A stretch of 64,000 nt of DNA from Octopus sinensis (lineage: Eukaryota), in contig NC_043000.1 of the NCBI RefSeq assembly GCF_006345805.1, positions 32,178,001-32,242,000 on the forward strand, given 5' to 3'. Below, piece after piece: positions 11,771 through 25,965 of the stretch. The notes below the pieces were generated by a model that had not been told where the DNA came from, did not search any database, and saw nothing but the letters and a program-made list of their open reading frames with translations. Position 1 is the stretch's first letter. Every line of letters starts with the position of its first letter. The position numbers and the translations under genes were made by a program.

Positions 11771-14569
11771 TGCACTTAACTTGCTAAAAGAGAATATTAT
11801 CCCTTATGGAAACAAAGTCTGCTGATGCTTCAACACTAAAAGAAAATGGAACCATTGTCACAAGATATGAAAGGAAAAGAAAATATTGAGAACTAAAGCT
11901 CATTAGGCATTGAAGAGTATGAAGGGATCGGCGCTGTCTTCTTTGTTCATTGGTAAACTGAAAGGGTGCCCCAGTCATTTTAGAAGCATTCAGCAAAAAG
12001 AATTCATCTGACATAATCTCTTTTGATCTCTCTGCATTCTCAGCCAGAAAAACTCTGGGTCTTGTAGTGCAGTTTCTTTATTTACTCATGAGAAAAACAC
12101 ATTAAAAATAATTAAATCTACAAAATATGGAAATACAAGAACACTCGCTAGACTAGAGTAATCATAGAGCAAATAACTTGGAAAGCAACCAAATTCTTAA
12201 CAAAGGCTGAAAACCAAGGCTGGAAAAAAAAAAACACAACCAAAACACAACCATTCTCATTTCTCTTCAGTTGGTTTCTTAAACAAGTGTGTAGCATTAA
12301 GAAAATAAATAAATGAAAATGTTATAATTAAAGCTGCTCCCCCCGGTGCTCGGCAGTTATTGATATCTGTCAATGATAACAGAAATATCTTCGCCACTGA
12401 AAAAGCAGGGGAAATGATGTTTGCATCCTTCTGGTGAAATGGTCCTGCCACAACTGTCACACATGCATTTCGCATCATCATCATTTTAACACCTGTTTTT
12501 TTTTCCATGCTTGCCTGGGTCAGACAGAGTTTAATTGAAGCAGATTTTCTCAGGTCAGACATCCTTCTCTTTGCCAAACCTCACCTGATTCCAAGCAAGT
12601 TAATATTTCCCACTCTCCCATAGCCAGACGGTTTTTCTTTTTTTTTGCAGAGTATTGGAAATGAATAACACTGCTTGTGTCACAGTGGCACTCATTTACA
12701 ACTGCCAATGTGATGTCAAGACAAGGGAAGCACACACACACACACATACATACATACATACATACACAACCTAAATACTAATCTTGAGAAATTAGGCTTC
12801 TCAAAATCAGAAAGGAGAAAGCTGATTCGAAGACTACAGATCCAATCCATCATTGGAACAGTAAAAGTCTGTAAAACTTTCCAGAAGTTTATCACTTAAA
12901 CATATATGAGCATATCTACATATGTAACTATATGCATGAGAATGAATGAATGAATGAATGCATGCATGCATGCATGCATGCATACATACATACATACATA
13001 CATACATACATACATACATACATACATACATACAAACAAACAAACAAACAAACAAGCAAACAAACAAACAAACAAACAAACAAACAAACAAACAAACAAC
13101 AAACAAGCAAACATACAAACAAACAAAAATACCCTGTTGTTGATGTTGAAATTCCAATGAAGGAGCCTTGGATCTAGGTTAGAAACCGGTTCTTTCTCTA
13201 TTGGTAAGAAATCTTGAAATAACTGAATAATGACATACACACATACACTCACACACACACACACACACACATTTAGGTCAAACATTGTGTACTGTGGGTG
13301 CTGCTGTACTCAATCTCTGAGTGCAAGAGTTGATATCTGATCAGTCAGCAAGGAAGCTCTATAGGTGTTCCATTGCAACACCAGAGCCACCCAGGACTAC
13401 CCTTCAAGGTAAACATCAAAACTTTCACACAACATCACAAGCTTTGTTGAGTCAGATGTTGCAACTCTGGGCCAGATGTTTCTACCCAGCTCAAAGCTTG
13501 TTCTTGCTGCACCACTCGTGTGTGTGTGATAGGAGAGAAGTTGTGTCTCCTTGTGATTGACATCACATGTTAATTGTAAACATGTAAAGGCATTCCTTTG
13601 CAATTTTCTGTGAGAATATATCCAACCATCATGTTGTTTGGAATGAGTGAGATTCCAACCCATGCAAGCAGAGAAAGAAAAGTGGCACCTTTCAGTTTCC
13701 TTCAACCAAATTCATTCACAAGGACCAGGGCTTTAGTAGAAAATACTTGTGCAAGGTGCCACACAATGGGACTACACCCAAAGTCACATGGCTGAGAAGT
13801 GAACTTCTTGAATATGTCAACATCTACGCGTTCATATTTCTATACAGACATTGCTAGGATGGCTTCCAAATAAATATTTAAGGCTTGTAATAAAAAGACA
13901 CCTTGTTGTAAGAAGTACTCTCTCAGAAAACCCTTTCTATTCAGACTGGAAAATGGGTGTGGAACAGAAGCAAAGAGAAATTGTATTAATTCCTTTGTCT
14001 TGTGACAGAAGAAAGTTCCATGCTCTATGGACAATACTGTTTACCATTAAACACAACACAATATAAATAATGGTTTCAAATTTTGGCACAAGGCCAGCAA
14101 CTTTTAGGGGCCAGGAACGTCGGTTACATCAACCCCAGTGTTCAACTGATACTTTTTTAATTGACCTCAAATGGATAAAAGGAAAGATGAATCTCAGTGG
14201 GATTTGAACTCAGAACATAAAAGATGGATGAAATGCTGCTAAGCATTTTGGCCACAAGTGATTCTGCCTGCCCACCACCTTGGACACTATATATAAATGC
14301 TGCCCCCTCACCAACCGGCAGTAAGCCACCTCCCTCGATATCAATCTCCCTGAGTGGGGTCTTGTTTTGCAAGTTACTCACTGACCTTGCAGGTGCTGAT
14401 GCCACATAAAAAGCACCCGGTACATTCTGTAAAGTGGTCAGCATTCAGAAGAGCATCCAAGCATGGAAACCTTGCTAAAGCAGTCGTTGGGGCTTAGCCA
14501 AGTCCTCTGGCTCTTCGGCTCTTTTCAAACTGGCCAGCCCAAGCCAACATTGAAAACAGATGTTAAATA

Positions 14570-14785
14570 ATGATGATGATGATGACGGTGGTGGTGGTGG
14601 TGGTGGTGGTGGTGATGATTATGATGATGACGGTGGTGATGGTGGTGGTGATTATGATGATGATGATGACGGTGGTGGTGGTGGTGGTGGTGATGATTAT
14701 GATGATGACGGTGGTGATGGTGGTGGTGATTATGATGATGATGATGACGGTGGTGGTGGTGGTGGTGGTGGTGGTGATGATTACC
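14570..14785 (+). repeat. Higher-order (GAT)/(GGT) tandem repeat, ~70-bp unit, about 3 copies
   Basis: Unit gatgatgacggtggt..gatgattatgatgatgacggtggtgatggtggtggtgattat repeated; grows from the (GAT)n tail of an RTE-UTR copy. Confidence 0.9.
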
Positions 14786-15179
14786 ATTGGTAAGATGAAA
14801 TATAAATGACCTAGCAGCTAAGCTATGGGGGGGTGCGGTGGGAGGAAACACTTGGCAGTAACCAGAAATGTCAATGTCTTTAGCAAAAGAATAAAGCATC
14901 AATTTGGTCCTCAGCCAACCTGAAACACTGCCTTGGTAACAATGGCAAAATAATGGACTTCCAGATGGAATTGTCAAGAGATCTGTTCGATAAGTTTTAG
15001 TAGTTCACCCCTTCACAGAGCCCAAACTTCCTGCATGACGACAGTTGAACTGTTAACAATATGGACATCCACCAGTAACATCTGTTGCTACAGTTCTAAG
15101 CAAATATCCAAATCTACATAAATTCATCCATGTAAGCTCGAAAACAATAAATGGCAGCAAAAGAGATGATAATAATTTA

Positions 15180-15510
15180 GTTTAGGCTCCTTTCAGTCTT
15201 GACTGACCATGGGATTGCAGCTAGAAAGTTGCACTCTGAGGCACAAGTCTGGGCAAGGTTGTTTATGGAAGACCAACAGTCGTTCGTGCACACCAGCCTC
15301 AACTCTCCACACCACTGATGTTATCCGAGGAAAAGGCAAAGGGGCCGATACAGCTTGGTACCAGTGATGTCATAACTCATTTCTACAGATGAGTGAACTG
15401 AAGCAATGTGAAATAAAGCGTCTTGCTCAACACAACACACAGCCTGGTCCTGGAATCGAACACACTACCTCATAATTGTGCGCCCGACGCTCCGAGCCAT
15501 GCACCTTCAC
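15180..15510 (-). mobile_element. tRNA-derived SINE of a third family
   Basis: Homologous copy at 47340-47645; reverse strand has B box gttcgattcc followed by ttgagcaagac..cagttcactca. Confidence 0.7.
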
Positions 15511-16063
15511 AATCATCATCATCATCATCGTTTAACATCCGCTTTCCATGCTAGCATGGGTTGGACGGTTTTGACTGAGAGCTGGCGAACCAGATGGCTG
15601 CACCAGGCTCCAGTCTTGATCTGGCAGAGTTTCTACAGCTGGATGCCCTTCTTAACACCAACCACTCCAAGAGTGTAGTGGGTGCTTTTACATGCCACCG
15701 GCACGGGGCCAGTCAGGCAGTACTGGCAACGACCTCGCTTGATTTTTTTTTTTTTTTACACATGCCAACGGCACAGGTGCCAGTAAGGCGATGCTGGTAA
15801 CGATCCCACTCAAATAATAATAGTAATAATCTTTTCTACCAAAAGTACAAGGCCTGAAGTTTGTGGGGAGGGGACTAGTTGATTACATCGATCCCAGTGC
15901 TTCACTGGTACTTAATTTATGGACCCTAAAAGGATGAAAGGTATGGTCGACCTTGGTGGAATTTGAACTCAGAACACGAAGATAGACGAAATGCAGCTAA
16001 GCATTTTCACCAGCATGTTAATGATTCTGTCAGTTCACCACCTTAATAATAATAATAATAAAA

Positions 16064-16124
<61 letters not shown>

Positions 16125-16128
<4 letters not shown>

Positions 16129-16965
16129 CGCAAAAGAAATAGACAAAGAAAAATCCCAGCAATGGTTGAGAAGCTCAGGACTCAAAGCAGAAACAGAGGG
16201 ATTTTTAATTGCAGCACAAGACCAAAGCCTCCCCACCAGAAAGTACCAAAAACATGTAATGAAAAGAAATATTACAAGTAACTGCAGAATATGTGGAGAT
16301 GGACAAGAAACAATAAATCATATTATCTCTAGCTGCCCAGTCCTGGCTAAGAAGGAATATATTCACAGACATGACAGAGTTGGAACCTACATACATTGGA
16401 AGCTATGCCAACATTATGGAATAACAACAGAAAAAAGATGGTATAGGCACACACCAGAAAAGGTCACAGAAAACGAGAAAGCAACCATACTCTGGGATAT
16501 GCCGATACACACAGATAGAGAAATTAAGGCCAACAGACCAGATATAGTTGTCAGAGATCATGAAGAAAAAAAATGCTTTCTAATTGATGTATCAATACCG
16601 GCAGATGACAACGTGTCTCTAAAAGAAATGGAGAAACTCTCAAAATACAAAGACCTGGAAATAGAGGTAACTAGAATGTGGAACCTGAAAACAGAAACAA
16701 TTCCTATCATAGTAGGTGCATTAGGCATGATAAAAAAATATTCAGACAAATACATAACAAAAACACCAGGACTTACAAACACATATAACATACAGAAAAT
16801 TGCACTACTAGGCACTGCACACATCCTACGCAGAACACTTTCCATACAATAACCATCAGAGCATCACAACAAATCACAGCACATACCCAAGGCACACAGA
16901 GCTGCGCTCAGTAGTGAAGTGAAAGCACGCTATAAAAATAAAACTACTGAATAATAATAATAATA
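16125..16965 (+). mobile_element. 5'-truncated R4/Dong-type retrotransposon (CCHC knuckle + RLE + 3' UTR), ORF intact over the fragment
   Basis: ETEGFLIAAQDQSL..CRICGDGQETINHIISSC..RHD..NRPDIVV..LIDVSIP..KYKDL; long (AAT)n upstream, (AAT)n tail. Confidence 0.92.
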
Positions 16966-16967
16966 AT

Positions 16968-17820
16968 AGGAATAAACACACTAGCCATACCAGTCATAAA
17001 TTACAGCTTAACATAATAAACTGGAAGATCTGTGAACTGAGAAACCTTGACAGAAAAACGAGGATAGTAACTGCATACTGAAGTGACCACCCCAAAGCAG
17101 ATGCAGACAGAATATATTTATCTGGCTCAGAAGGATGCCGTTGCCCTATACAGATAGAAAACTACTATAAAATAACAACAGTTGGAGACTAGGCAAAGTA
17201 CTTAGAAACAAAGAGGGGAAGACTACTGCATGCTGTAAGAGAAAGAAAACGCTTTTCTCTATAAACAATGAAGCAACAAAATACAAAACCGAAAGGAACC
17301 ACACAGACACACTGAGCTCGGATGCCAACAGAGCAGAAATGGTGAGAGAGACAAAGGACAAGATGGAAACATTAGAACTGCAAAACATACTGAAGAAGAA
17401 ATGGAGAGAATATTCCTGCCATGGCCAATACCCTGCAAGGCTTGACAGAGAGGAAGTGAGCCTAAGTAAAAGCCAACAATGGCTCAAAAGCTCTGGACTA
17501 AAAGCTGAAATGGAAGGACTGATTCTCACTGCACAAGACCAATGCCTGACCACAAACAAATATAAAGGCTAAATAATGAAAACGGGCCCCAGCACCAAAT
17601 GCAGAATGTGCAACCAGCACAGTTGATCAGATCTCCACATGACTCAAAAAGGTTGGTACAAATGTGAATAGAGAACACCTACAAAAATCATCATTGCTTA
17701 GAACTGCAAGAATTCTTAACAGGGTTCTTGAAGCATGACCAGTAAACAAGTGTCACTTTAGTCTGCTGGCTGTGGACAGCTGGCACTTTCCATCATACCC
17801 AGCAAAATAAGCTGAGAGTT
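16968..17820 (+). mobile_element. Degenerate R4/Dong-type fragment(s)
   Basis: HGQYP..SQQWLKSSGLKAEMEGLILTAQDQCL; begins and ends in (AAT)n. Confidence 0.8.
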
Positions 17821-17949
17821 TCCATCAAATAATAATAATCCTTTCTACTAAAAGCACAAGGCCTGGAATATTGGGGAGAAGAGACTAGGCAATTATATTG
17901 CCCCCCCCCCCAGTACGCAACATGTACTTAATTTATTGATCCCAAAGCA

Positions 17950-19510
17950 AGATAGAACTAGGAAGGAATTCAATATGAATGGAGGACTCCACCCAAGGGA
18001 AGGAATAGTAAGATTATACCTACTTAGAAAGGAAGGTGGAAGAGGGTTAATATCAGTAGAAGACTACGTGGAGTTAGCTATGGTAAATATAGCCTCTTAC
18101 ATAGGTAATAGTGAAGAAAGTTTATTAGGAACTGCTGAAGTAAAAGTAGGAGATAGGAAAACAAAAATGCCAAATGAAGTTAAAAACCAGAAAGATTATT
18201 TGGGTGGCAGGAGAAAGCTTTGCATGGTAGATTCCCAAAGATAGTTGCAGGAAATAGTAATAGTGGGACATGGTTAATGTTGCAGAAAGGAAGGCTGAAA
18301 AGGGGGACTGAAAGTTTGTTAGTAGCAGCACAAGATCAAGCATTAAGGACTAATTGTATAAAAGCCAAGAGAGACAAAAACTAGGTGGATTCACAATGTA
18401 GGCTATGTAAATCAAAAGAGGAAAGTGTTTGTCTTATAGTAAGTGAATGTAGAATGCTGGCACAGAAAGAATACAAGAAAAGAGATGACAACCTAGGGAG
18501 AGTAATCCACTGGGAATTATGAAGAAAGATAGGATTTGAACAGGTATGAACATGACCCTAGTAAAGTACAAGAAAGTAAGAAATACTAGTTGCTGTGGTA
18601 CTTTAACAGTCAGACTGAGAGAGTAATAGAAGCTAGAAGCCTGATTTAGTAATAGTAGACAAAGTGAATAGAAAGTCGTCATCATCATCATGGTTTAATG
18701 TCCACTATGCTGGCATAGGTTGGATGGTTTTACTGAGGACTGGTGATCCCAAAGATTGCACCAGACTCAATCTGATCTGGCAATGTTTCTACTGCTGGAT
18801 GCCCTTCCTAATGCCAACCATTCCGAGAGTGTAGTGGGTGCTTTTATGTGCCACTGGCACGAGGGCCAGTCAGGCAGTTCTGGCAACGACCTTGCTCAAA
18901 AGGTGTATTTTACGTGCTACCTGCACAGGAGCCAGTCAAGTGGCACTGGCAACGAACATGCTCGAGTGTAGTATTTCACATGCCACCAGCATGTGTCGGT
19001 AAGATGACGATGGCAACGATCACACTCGAATGGTGCTTTTTAGGTGCCACTGGCACGGGAGGTGGTCAGCAGCCCTGGCAACGATCACACTTGGATGTGC
19101 TTTTAACATTCCATGGCACAAGTGCCAATCAGGCAGTACTGTCATTGGCCACGTCAGTCAGGTAATTAACTTTACCATCCTAAATGATGAGAAAGTCAAT
19201 ATAAAAGGTATAGAGAAAATCAGGACAATACCAGGAACCAGGACTTAGCCACTGAATTAGAGAAACTATGGAAAGTTAGGGTAAAATGTATCCCAGTAGT
19301 TAAAGGTGCATTAAGAACAATTCCTAAAGATGTGAACAGAGGGAAAGAGGAAAAAGGCACAAAACCTAGTTTAGTGCAGCTCATAGAAAACTGTGTTATT
19401 AGGGTCAGCTAGGATACTTAGGAGGGTTCTTAGAATGTAAGGTTACTAGAAGTTAGGAATGTTAGGAATTTTATTTTCCAATAGTCTAATCTGCTGTGTG
19501 TATATGAAAT
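17950..19510 (+). mobile_element. Degenerate R4/Dong-type fragment interrupted by an RTE-UTR copy (18680-19160, minus strand)
   Basis: LHPR..RLYLLRKEGGRGLISVED; AAQDQALRTN; ends in an (AAT)-like tail. Confidence 0.78.
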
Positions 19511-20024
19511 AATAATTCATCATGGTACAGTATGAAACAAACTTTTCAGTGGGGGTGGGGTGAAGGGTTACAGTTAATAGAATTGAGCCTAGAAAATTAC
19601 TGGTATCTTTTTTGTTGCCGTTTCCTGCCCACCGTCACAGAAGATAAAAGGGTTCACTCATGAAACTAAGGATGGACTGAACTCCAAACAAAGAATATTG
19701 TATTGGGCAGAACAGCTTTTGTAGAACTGATGCTATTAACTGCACAAAACCAACAACCAACCTCTAGATCAACCAGCAACAACAACAACAAAAATGTAAA
19801 GCAAAAACAAATTGTTAGAAGAAAAGAGAAGTGGTTAACAGTTTCAACAGAAGTCATTTTTAGTCAGGCTGTAATATAGATTCTAGAAAAACCAGTTCTA
19901 CCATTAATATGGGGAAAAAGTGAATGAGTGAAACAGGAATGAGACAGAAGATAAGAAGAATGAAAGGAAATTTTTTAGAGACAAACAGATTGTGTAAAGA
20001 GACTGGATGGAGATAGAGAAAGAC

Positions 20025-20099
<75 letters not shown>

Positions 20100-20466
20100 A
20101 GAGTGAGAGGATGTGCATATGTGAGAGAGAGAGAGAGAGAAAGAAAGGAAATGTGTGAGAGAGACAGAAAGAGCAAGAGAGTATGTGTGAGAGTGAGAGG
20201 GTGTTTGTTGTATGTTCTTTGGCTTTAAAGTGTTTGTCTGGAGTTAAGTGCATGGGATGGAGGGTGGGGGCAGAAAATGATGCATTAATGGCAGTAATGC
20301 TGGAGCGAAACAGTTGGAATTGGGAGGAAGCAGCACAATATGGTTTATATAGAGAGGAGAAACATATTGGAAAAATAGAGCAAAGTCGGCTTGGACTGTC
20401 AATATGATATCTAAAAACGAGAGCAGCAATCACTTTGTTTACAACGATAAACAAATAATAAAACAA

Positions 20467-20516
<50 letters not shown>

Positions 20517-21974
20517 AACAAGTTATAAGATGATATTCAGAAAAAGAAAAACAAAACAATTGCAGATTATTGAATAAAATATCAAGAGGAAAAAGATGAG
20601 AGAAATAATAGAATTTAGGACTTGGACTACAATAAAAGGTATTAAGAGCACTATCCAAGCGTGATCATTGCCAGAGCGGCTATCTGGCCTCCGTGCTGGT
20701 GGCATGTAAAAGACACCATTTGAGCATGATCGTTACCAGCATTGCCTTACTGGCACCTGTGTCGGTGGCATGTGTAAAAGATTCGAGTGAGGTCGTTGCC
20801 AGTACCGCCTGACTGGCTACGTGCTGGTGGCATGTAAAAGCACCCACTACACTCTCGGAGTGGTTGGCATTAGGAAGGGCATTCAGCAGTAGAAACTCTG
20901 CCAGATCAAGATTGAAGCCTGGTGCAGCCATCTGGTTCACCAGCCCTCAGTCAAAATCGTCTAACACATGCTAGCATAGAAAGCGTATGTTAAATAATGA
21001 TGATGATGATGATGAGGGACAGGATATAGGATGGAGGAGTTGAAGGTGGAATCAGTTTTGAATAGGAGTGTAGGGGAAAGTTTAAGGGCAGCGTTACATA
21101 AAAAGAGAAGAAGAGAAGGAAAAGGCCTGAGGAACTGTGTTCACATTCTTTTATTCTTCTATTCTTTTACTTGTTTCAGTCATTTGACTGCAGCCATGCT
21201 GGAGCACCGCCTTTAGTCGAACAAGTCGACCCCATGACTTATTCCTTGTAAGCCTGGTACTTATTCTGTCAGTCTTGTTTGCCACAGTGCTAAGTTACGG
21301 GGACGTAAAAACACCAACATGGGTTGTCAAGTGATGTTGGGGGTGGGGTGGACAAACAGAGACACACACACATATATATACGATGGGCTTCTTTCAGTTT
21401 CCGTCAACCAAATCCACTCATAAGGCTTTGGTCGGCCCGAGGTTATTGTAGAAGACACTTGCTCAAGGTGCCACACAGTGAAACTGAACCTGGAACAATG
21501 TGGTTGGGAAGCAAGCTTCTTATCACACAGCCATGCCTGCACCAATGTAAAAAGGTTTGCACTCTACAGAAATGGATTGATAATCTATAAAAACAATCAA
21601 TTGTTAATCCTCTTTTTGTCTGATTGTGCAAATCTTAAACACTGTGGCCAAAGCTTAGGAAAACCAAAGCAATCAGAACTGCAAAAGATTGTTCTCATGG
21701 GCCCAGCTCATATCCTAATTAAAACAGTGTCAACCTGAGAATATCTGAATCTTTTAAACTCTTTCAAAACTACAAATATTACAAACTTAAAAGAAACCAA
21801 ATTCTCAGAATCTGGTTTTCTTCTCATACAATCTATCATTGACAACCATAAATAACACCCTTAATACTACTACCAATAATAACAAGCCTCCCTACTTATA
21901 GGCACAAGGCCCGGGATTGATGTGAGGGACTAAGATGATTACATTGATCCCAGTGTTCAACTGGTACTTATTTC

Positions 21975-22880
21975 ATCATCATTTGACATCCGTTTTCCAT
22001 GCTGGCATGGGTTGGACGGTTTGACTGGTGACTGGCAAACCAGGAGGCTGCACCAGGTTCCAATCTGATCTGGCAGGGTTTCTATAGCTGGATGCCCTTC
22101 CTAACGTAACCCACTCCAAGAGAGTAGTGGGTGATTTTTACGTGCTGTCGGCACAGGAGCCAGTCAGCAGGACTGGCATCAGCCACGTTCGAATGGTACT
22201 TTTAACATGCCACTGGCACAGGGAGCCAGTCAGGTGGATCTGGCAACAACCCACGCATGAATGGTACTTATTGCATGCCACCAGCACGGGAACCAGTCAG
22301 GTGGCACTGGTATTGTCCACAGCTACAATTTCCATTTGATTGTGATTTACTTGACACAGTAAGTCTCTTTGGTTATGCGACACTTGTGTAGGCTACGGCT
22401 GTGATCTCACTTTCCTTGCCGGGTCCTCTCAATCACAGCATATCTCTAGAGGTCTCGGTCTTTTGTCATTGCCTATGTGAGGCCCAACGTTCGGAAGTCA
22501 TACTTCATGTCTTCCTGGGTCTCCCTCTTTCACAGGGTCCTTCCAATGTTAAGGAGTGACACTTCACACAGCCCTCCTCATCCATACACAGCACATGACC
22601 ATACCAGAACAGTCATCTCTTGCATGCCACATTTGATGCTTCTTATGTCCAACATTTCTCTCAGGGTGCTTATACTCTGTTGTGTGCACACTGATATTAC
22701 ACATCCAGCAGATCATACAAGCTTCATTTCTTTTGAGCCTACACGTCTTCAGCAGTCATGGCCCATGTTTCACTGCCGTGTAGCATAGCTGTTCACACAC
22801 ATGCATCATACAGTTTACCTTACACTCTGAGCAAGAGGCCCTTTGTCACCAGTAGAGTTAGGAGCTTTCTGAACTTTACA
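21975..22880 (-). mobile_element. 5'-truncated RTE-clade LINE with 3' UTR
   Basis: Reverse-complement homolog of 5760-6760, including the RTE C-terminal coding remnant and (CAT)n tail on the plus strand. Confidence 0.82.
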
Positions 22881-23750
22881 AGGGGCTGATTGCTACCTAA
22901 CCCAGATACCAGGAAATCGCAAAATGTAATCTCAAGGTTTAAAACAAACATAATTTTCGTTTTTTTTTTTTTAGACATTCACTAGTACAACACCAAAAAA
23001 CCCCCAAATATATGGCACACTAGGCATAACAACAACATGAACTTCCAACCTGTTGTATCTTGAGGTCCCTGGGTGAGACTTGGAGCCAACTTGTACAAAT
23101 ATAAAGCAAAAGTCAAACATAGAATAATAATAATAAGTAGTGCAAATAACATACAGAAAATTGCACTACTGGGCACTGCACACATCCTATGCAAAACACT
23201 TTCAATACAGTAACCATAAGAGCGTCACAACAAACCACAGCACATACCCAAGGCACACAGAGCTGCGCTCGGTAGTGAAGTGAAAGCACGCTATAAATAT
23301 AAAACTACTGAATAATAGTAGTAGTAGTAGTAGTAGTAATAATAATAATAATAATAATATAATAATAATAATAATAATAATAATCAACATATGAAAGAAA
23401 GAGAAAAAGTTGTGAAATATGGAGACTTGAGAACTGAGTTTGCCAAGATGTGGCAGCTATGAGAGCCAAACATAAAGGTTATCCCTATTGTCATCGGAGC
23501 ATTAGGTTCAATACCACCCAAGCTGAAGAAACATCTAGACTCTTTAAAAATACTCTGCAATCTTGGTGTATTGCAAAAGTCAGCATTACTTAGAACGGCA
23601 CACATATTGTGTAAAGTACTGTTTGTCTGAGGTCCTTGCTGCGACTCAACTAACAGTACAAATCTCCCGGTAGATACAATATCTTCAGTCAACAACCTCA
23701 TGATATTATATACTGTGCGATGTCTATAATAATACTAATAATGATAATAA
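22880..23750 (+). mobile_element. Chain of three short R4/Dong 3' ends separated by (AAT)n/(AGT)n
   Basis: 23140-23310 matches 16780-16950; 23385-23720 matches 1790-2110. Confidence 0.8.
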
Positions 23751-23751
23751 T

Positions 23752-24196
23752 ACTTTCTACTGAAGACACAAGGTCTGAAATTTCGGGGAAAAGGACTAGT
23801 CGATCACATCGACACCAGTGCTCGACTGGTACTTATTTTATCGACCCTGAAAGGATAAAAGACAAAGTCAACCTTGGCAAGATTTGCACTCTGAATGTAA
23901 AGAAGGACAAAATACCTATTTCTTTATTACCCACAAGGGGCTAAACATAGAGGGGACAAACATGGACAGACATAGGTATTAAGTCGATTATATCGACCCC
24001 AGTGTTTAACTCGTACTTAATTTATCGACCCCGAAAGGATGAAAGGCAAAGTCGACCTCGGCGGAATTTGAACTCACAACGTAACGGCAGCCGAAATACA
24101 GCTAAGCATTTCGCCCGACGTGCTAGCGATTCTGCTAGGACAAAATACCGCTAAGCCTTTTGCCCACCATGCTAATGATTCTGTCAGCTCACTGCC

Positions 24197-24198
<2 letters not shown>
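23752..24198 (-). mobile_element. SINE subfamily B nested in SINE subfamily A
   Basis: TSD aggacaaaatacc at 23904-23916 and 24137-24149; the A copy resumes after the second TSD. Confidence 0.85.
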
Positions 24199-24235
<37 letters not shown>

Positions 24236-24444
24236 TAATAATAATAATAATAATAATAATCCCTGGAGGCACAAGGCCTCAAATTTGTCTGGAGGGGATT
24301 AGTTGCTTACATCGACCCCAGTGTTTTTGTTGGTACTTAATTCATTAACCTCGAAAAGATGAAAGGTAAAGTCGACATCAGAACATAGAAATACCATTCA
24401 GCATTTCATCCTGCATGCTAATGATTCTGACAGCTCACCACCTC

Positions 24445-24478
<34 letters not shown>

Positions 24479-24672
24479 TTAATAACATTTATTTATTTAT
24501 TGACCTATTCACTGATTTGCTAACTTGGCAGGGATATAACTGACTGAATCAACACCATTATATAACTGGTACTTAATTCTGGAGAGATGATGGGTGAAAG
24601 GATGAATATAATTCAAAGACTTCAATGTGACATTCTACCATTTCTGTTACTATTTTCATAGCTACAACACCA

Positions 24673-24710
<38 letters not shown>

Positions 24711-25103
24711 CATTGCTGTTGTTAGAATTACTTGAAACTCTACTACTACACCATGTTCAATATGAACTCAAAGACAACCGAGATGGCTATGCAACAATTA
24801 TTGATGTTATTCTCTGAGTACATTATAACTCTTAGAATATATTTCTAATCAAATAAACAGGCTACATGCTGAAATTAAATTTGAAAATACTCAAGATTTA
24901 GCCGAATAATTAACTTTTCCATTATTAATCAGGTGTTTCGAGAATAATTTAACAAAGATGTTCTTGCACAAAATTATAATGGGAAGTTTTAATTTAAATA
25001 GAAATAATTTTATGGGAAATTTTTTTTTCTTTTATCATAAAAACAAAGATAGTGTTGAGCAGGTTGGTGCCAAAAGAATTAAGGATTGCAAATATTGTGA
25101 ATT

Positions 25104-25151
<48 letters not shown>

Positions 25152-25565
25152 CTTAATCACCTGTGTATCATACTAAATGTATAGACATCATTTAAAGGCA
25201 TGATGCTGTAGAATTGTCTGAGACAAAATTCCTTCATAAACTTTCATTGCTAAAAGCACAACATATATCCAAGCAAGACAAACATCATTGTTGCATTGAA
25301 TCATGAGAACAACAGAGGCATTTTTGTTTTTCTTGATTCTCGTCAATGCCATGCACTCCATTGTCATCTGCTTAAATGAAATTCATGCTTCAATGTATGT
25401 AGGACATATTCTGCTGGCAATAGTTTCATCACCCTATGTCAACTAGGGACGGTGTAATAAAACTCCAGTGAAATTTAAGCAGTTGACTTAAAACGAAGGG
25501 AAAAAAAATTTAAAGAAAGGCACTCCATCCAACAGCGCTTTCCACAAAACTCATGAAACATCCAA

Positions 25566-25965
25566 GGTGGCGAGCTGGCAGAAACGTTAGCACGCCAGGC
25601 AAAATGCGTAGCCATATTTCATCTGCCGTTATGTTCTGAGTTCAAATTCCGCCGAGGTCGACTTTGCCGTTCATCCTTTCAGGGTCAATAAATTAAGTAC
25701 CAGTTATGCACTGTGGTTGATGTAATCGACTTAATCCATTTGTCTGTCCTTGTTTGCCCTCTCTGTGTTTAGCCCCTTGTGGTTAGTAAAGAAATAGGTA
25801 TTTCATTTGTCTTTAAGTTCTGAGTTCAAATTCCGCCCAGGTTGACTTTGCCCTTTATCTTTTCAGGGTTGATAAATTAAGAACCAGTTGCGTACTGGAG
25901 ACTATCTAATCGACTGGCCCTCTCCTCAAAAATTTCAGGGCTTGTGCCTAGAGTAGAAAAGAATA
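25566..25965 (+). mobile_element. Dimeric tRNA-derived SINE (B unit joined to a 5'-truncated A unit)
   Basis: Two GTTCTGAGTTCAAATTCCGCC B-box regions; junction gaaatagg|tatttc at ~25798. Confidence 0.85.

Noticed and set aside
11784-12014. 76-aa minus-strand ORF in unique sequence
   Set aside because: No homology recognised, no clear acceptor/donor, and it does not fit SNX14
14525-14977. Poly-His or Gly/Asp-rich ORFs
   Set aside because: Expanded (GAT)/(GGT) tail of a retroelement; no splice or homology support
18835-19160. CRISPR-like repeat-spacer appearance
   Set aside because: Spacers are homologous to each other, units are degenerate, context is a eukaryotic LINE 3' UTR, and there are no cas genes
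24810-25085. Possible TTAA-ended MITE related to 35715-35945, with a similar end at 7790-7945
   Set aside because: Too diverged to define both termini by eye; not called as a feature
25566-25660. tRNA gene
   Set aside because: Only A/B-box-like SINE heads; no complete cloverleaf
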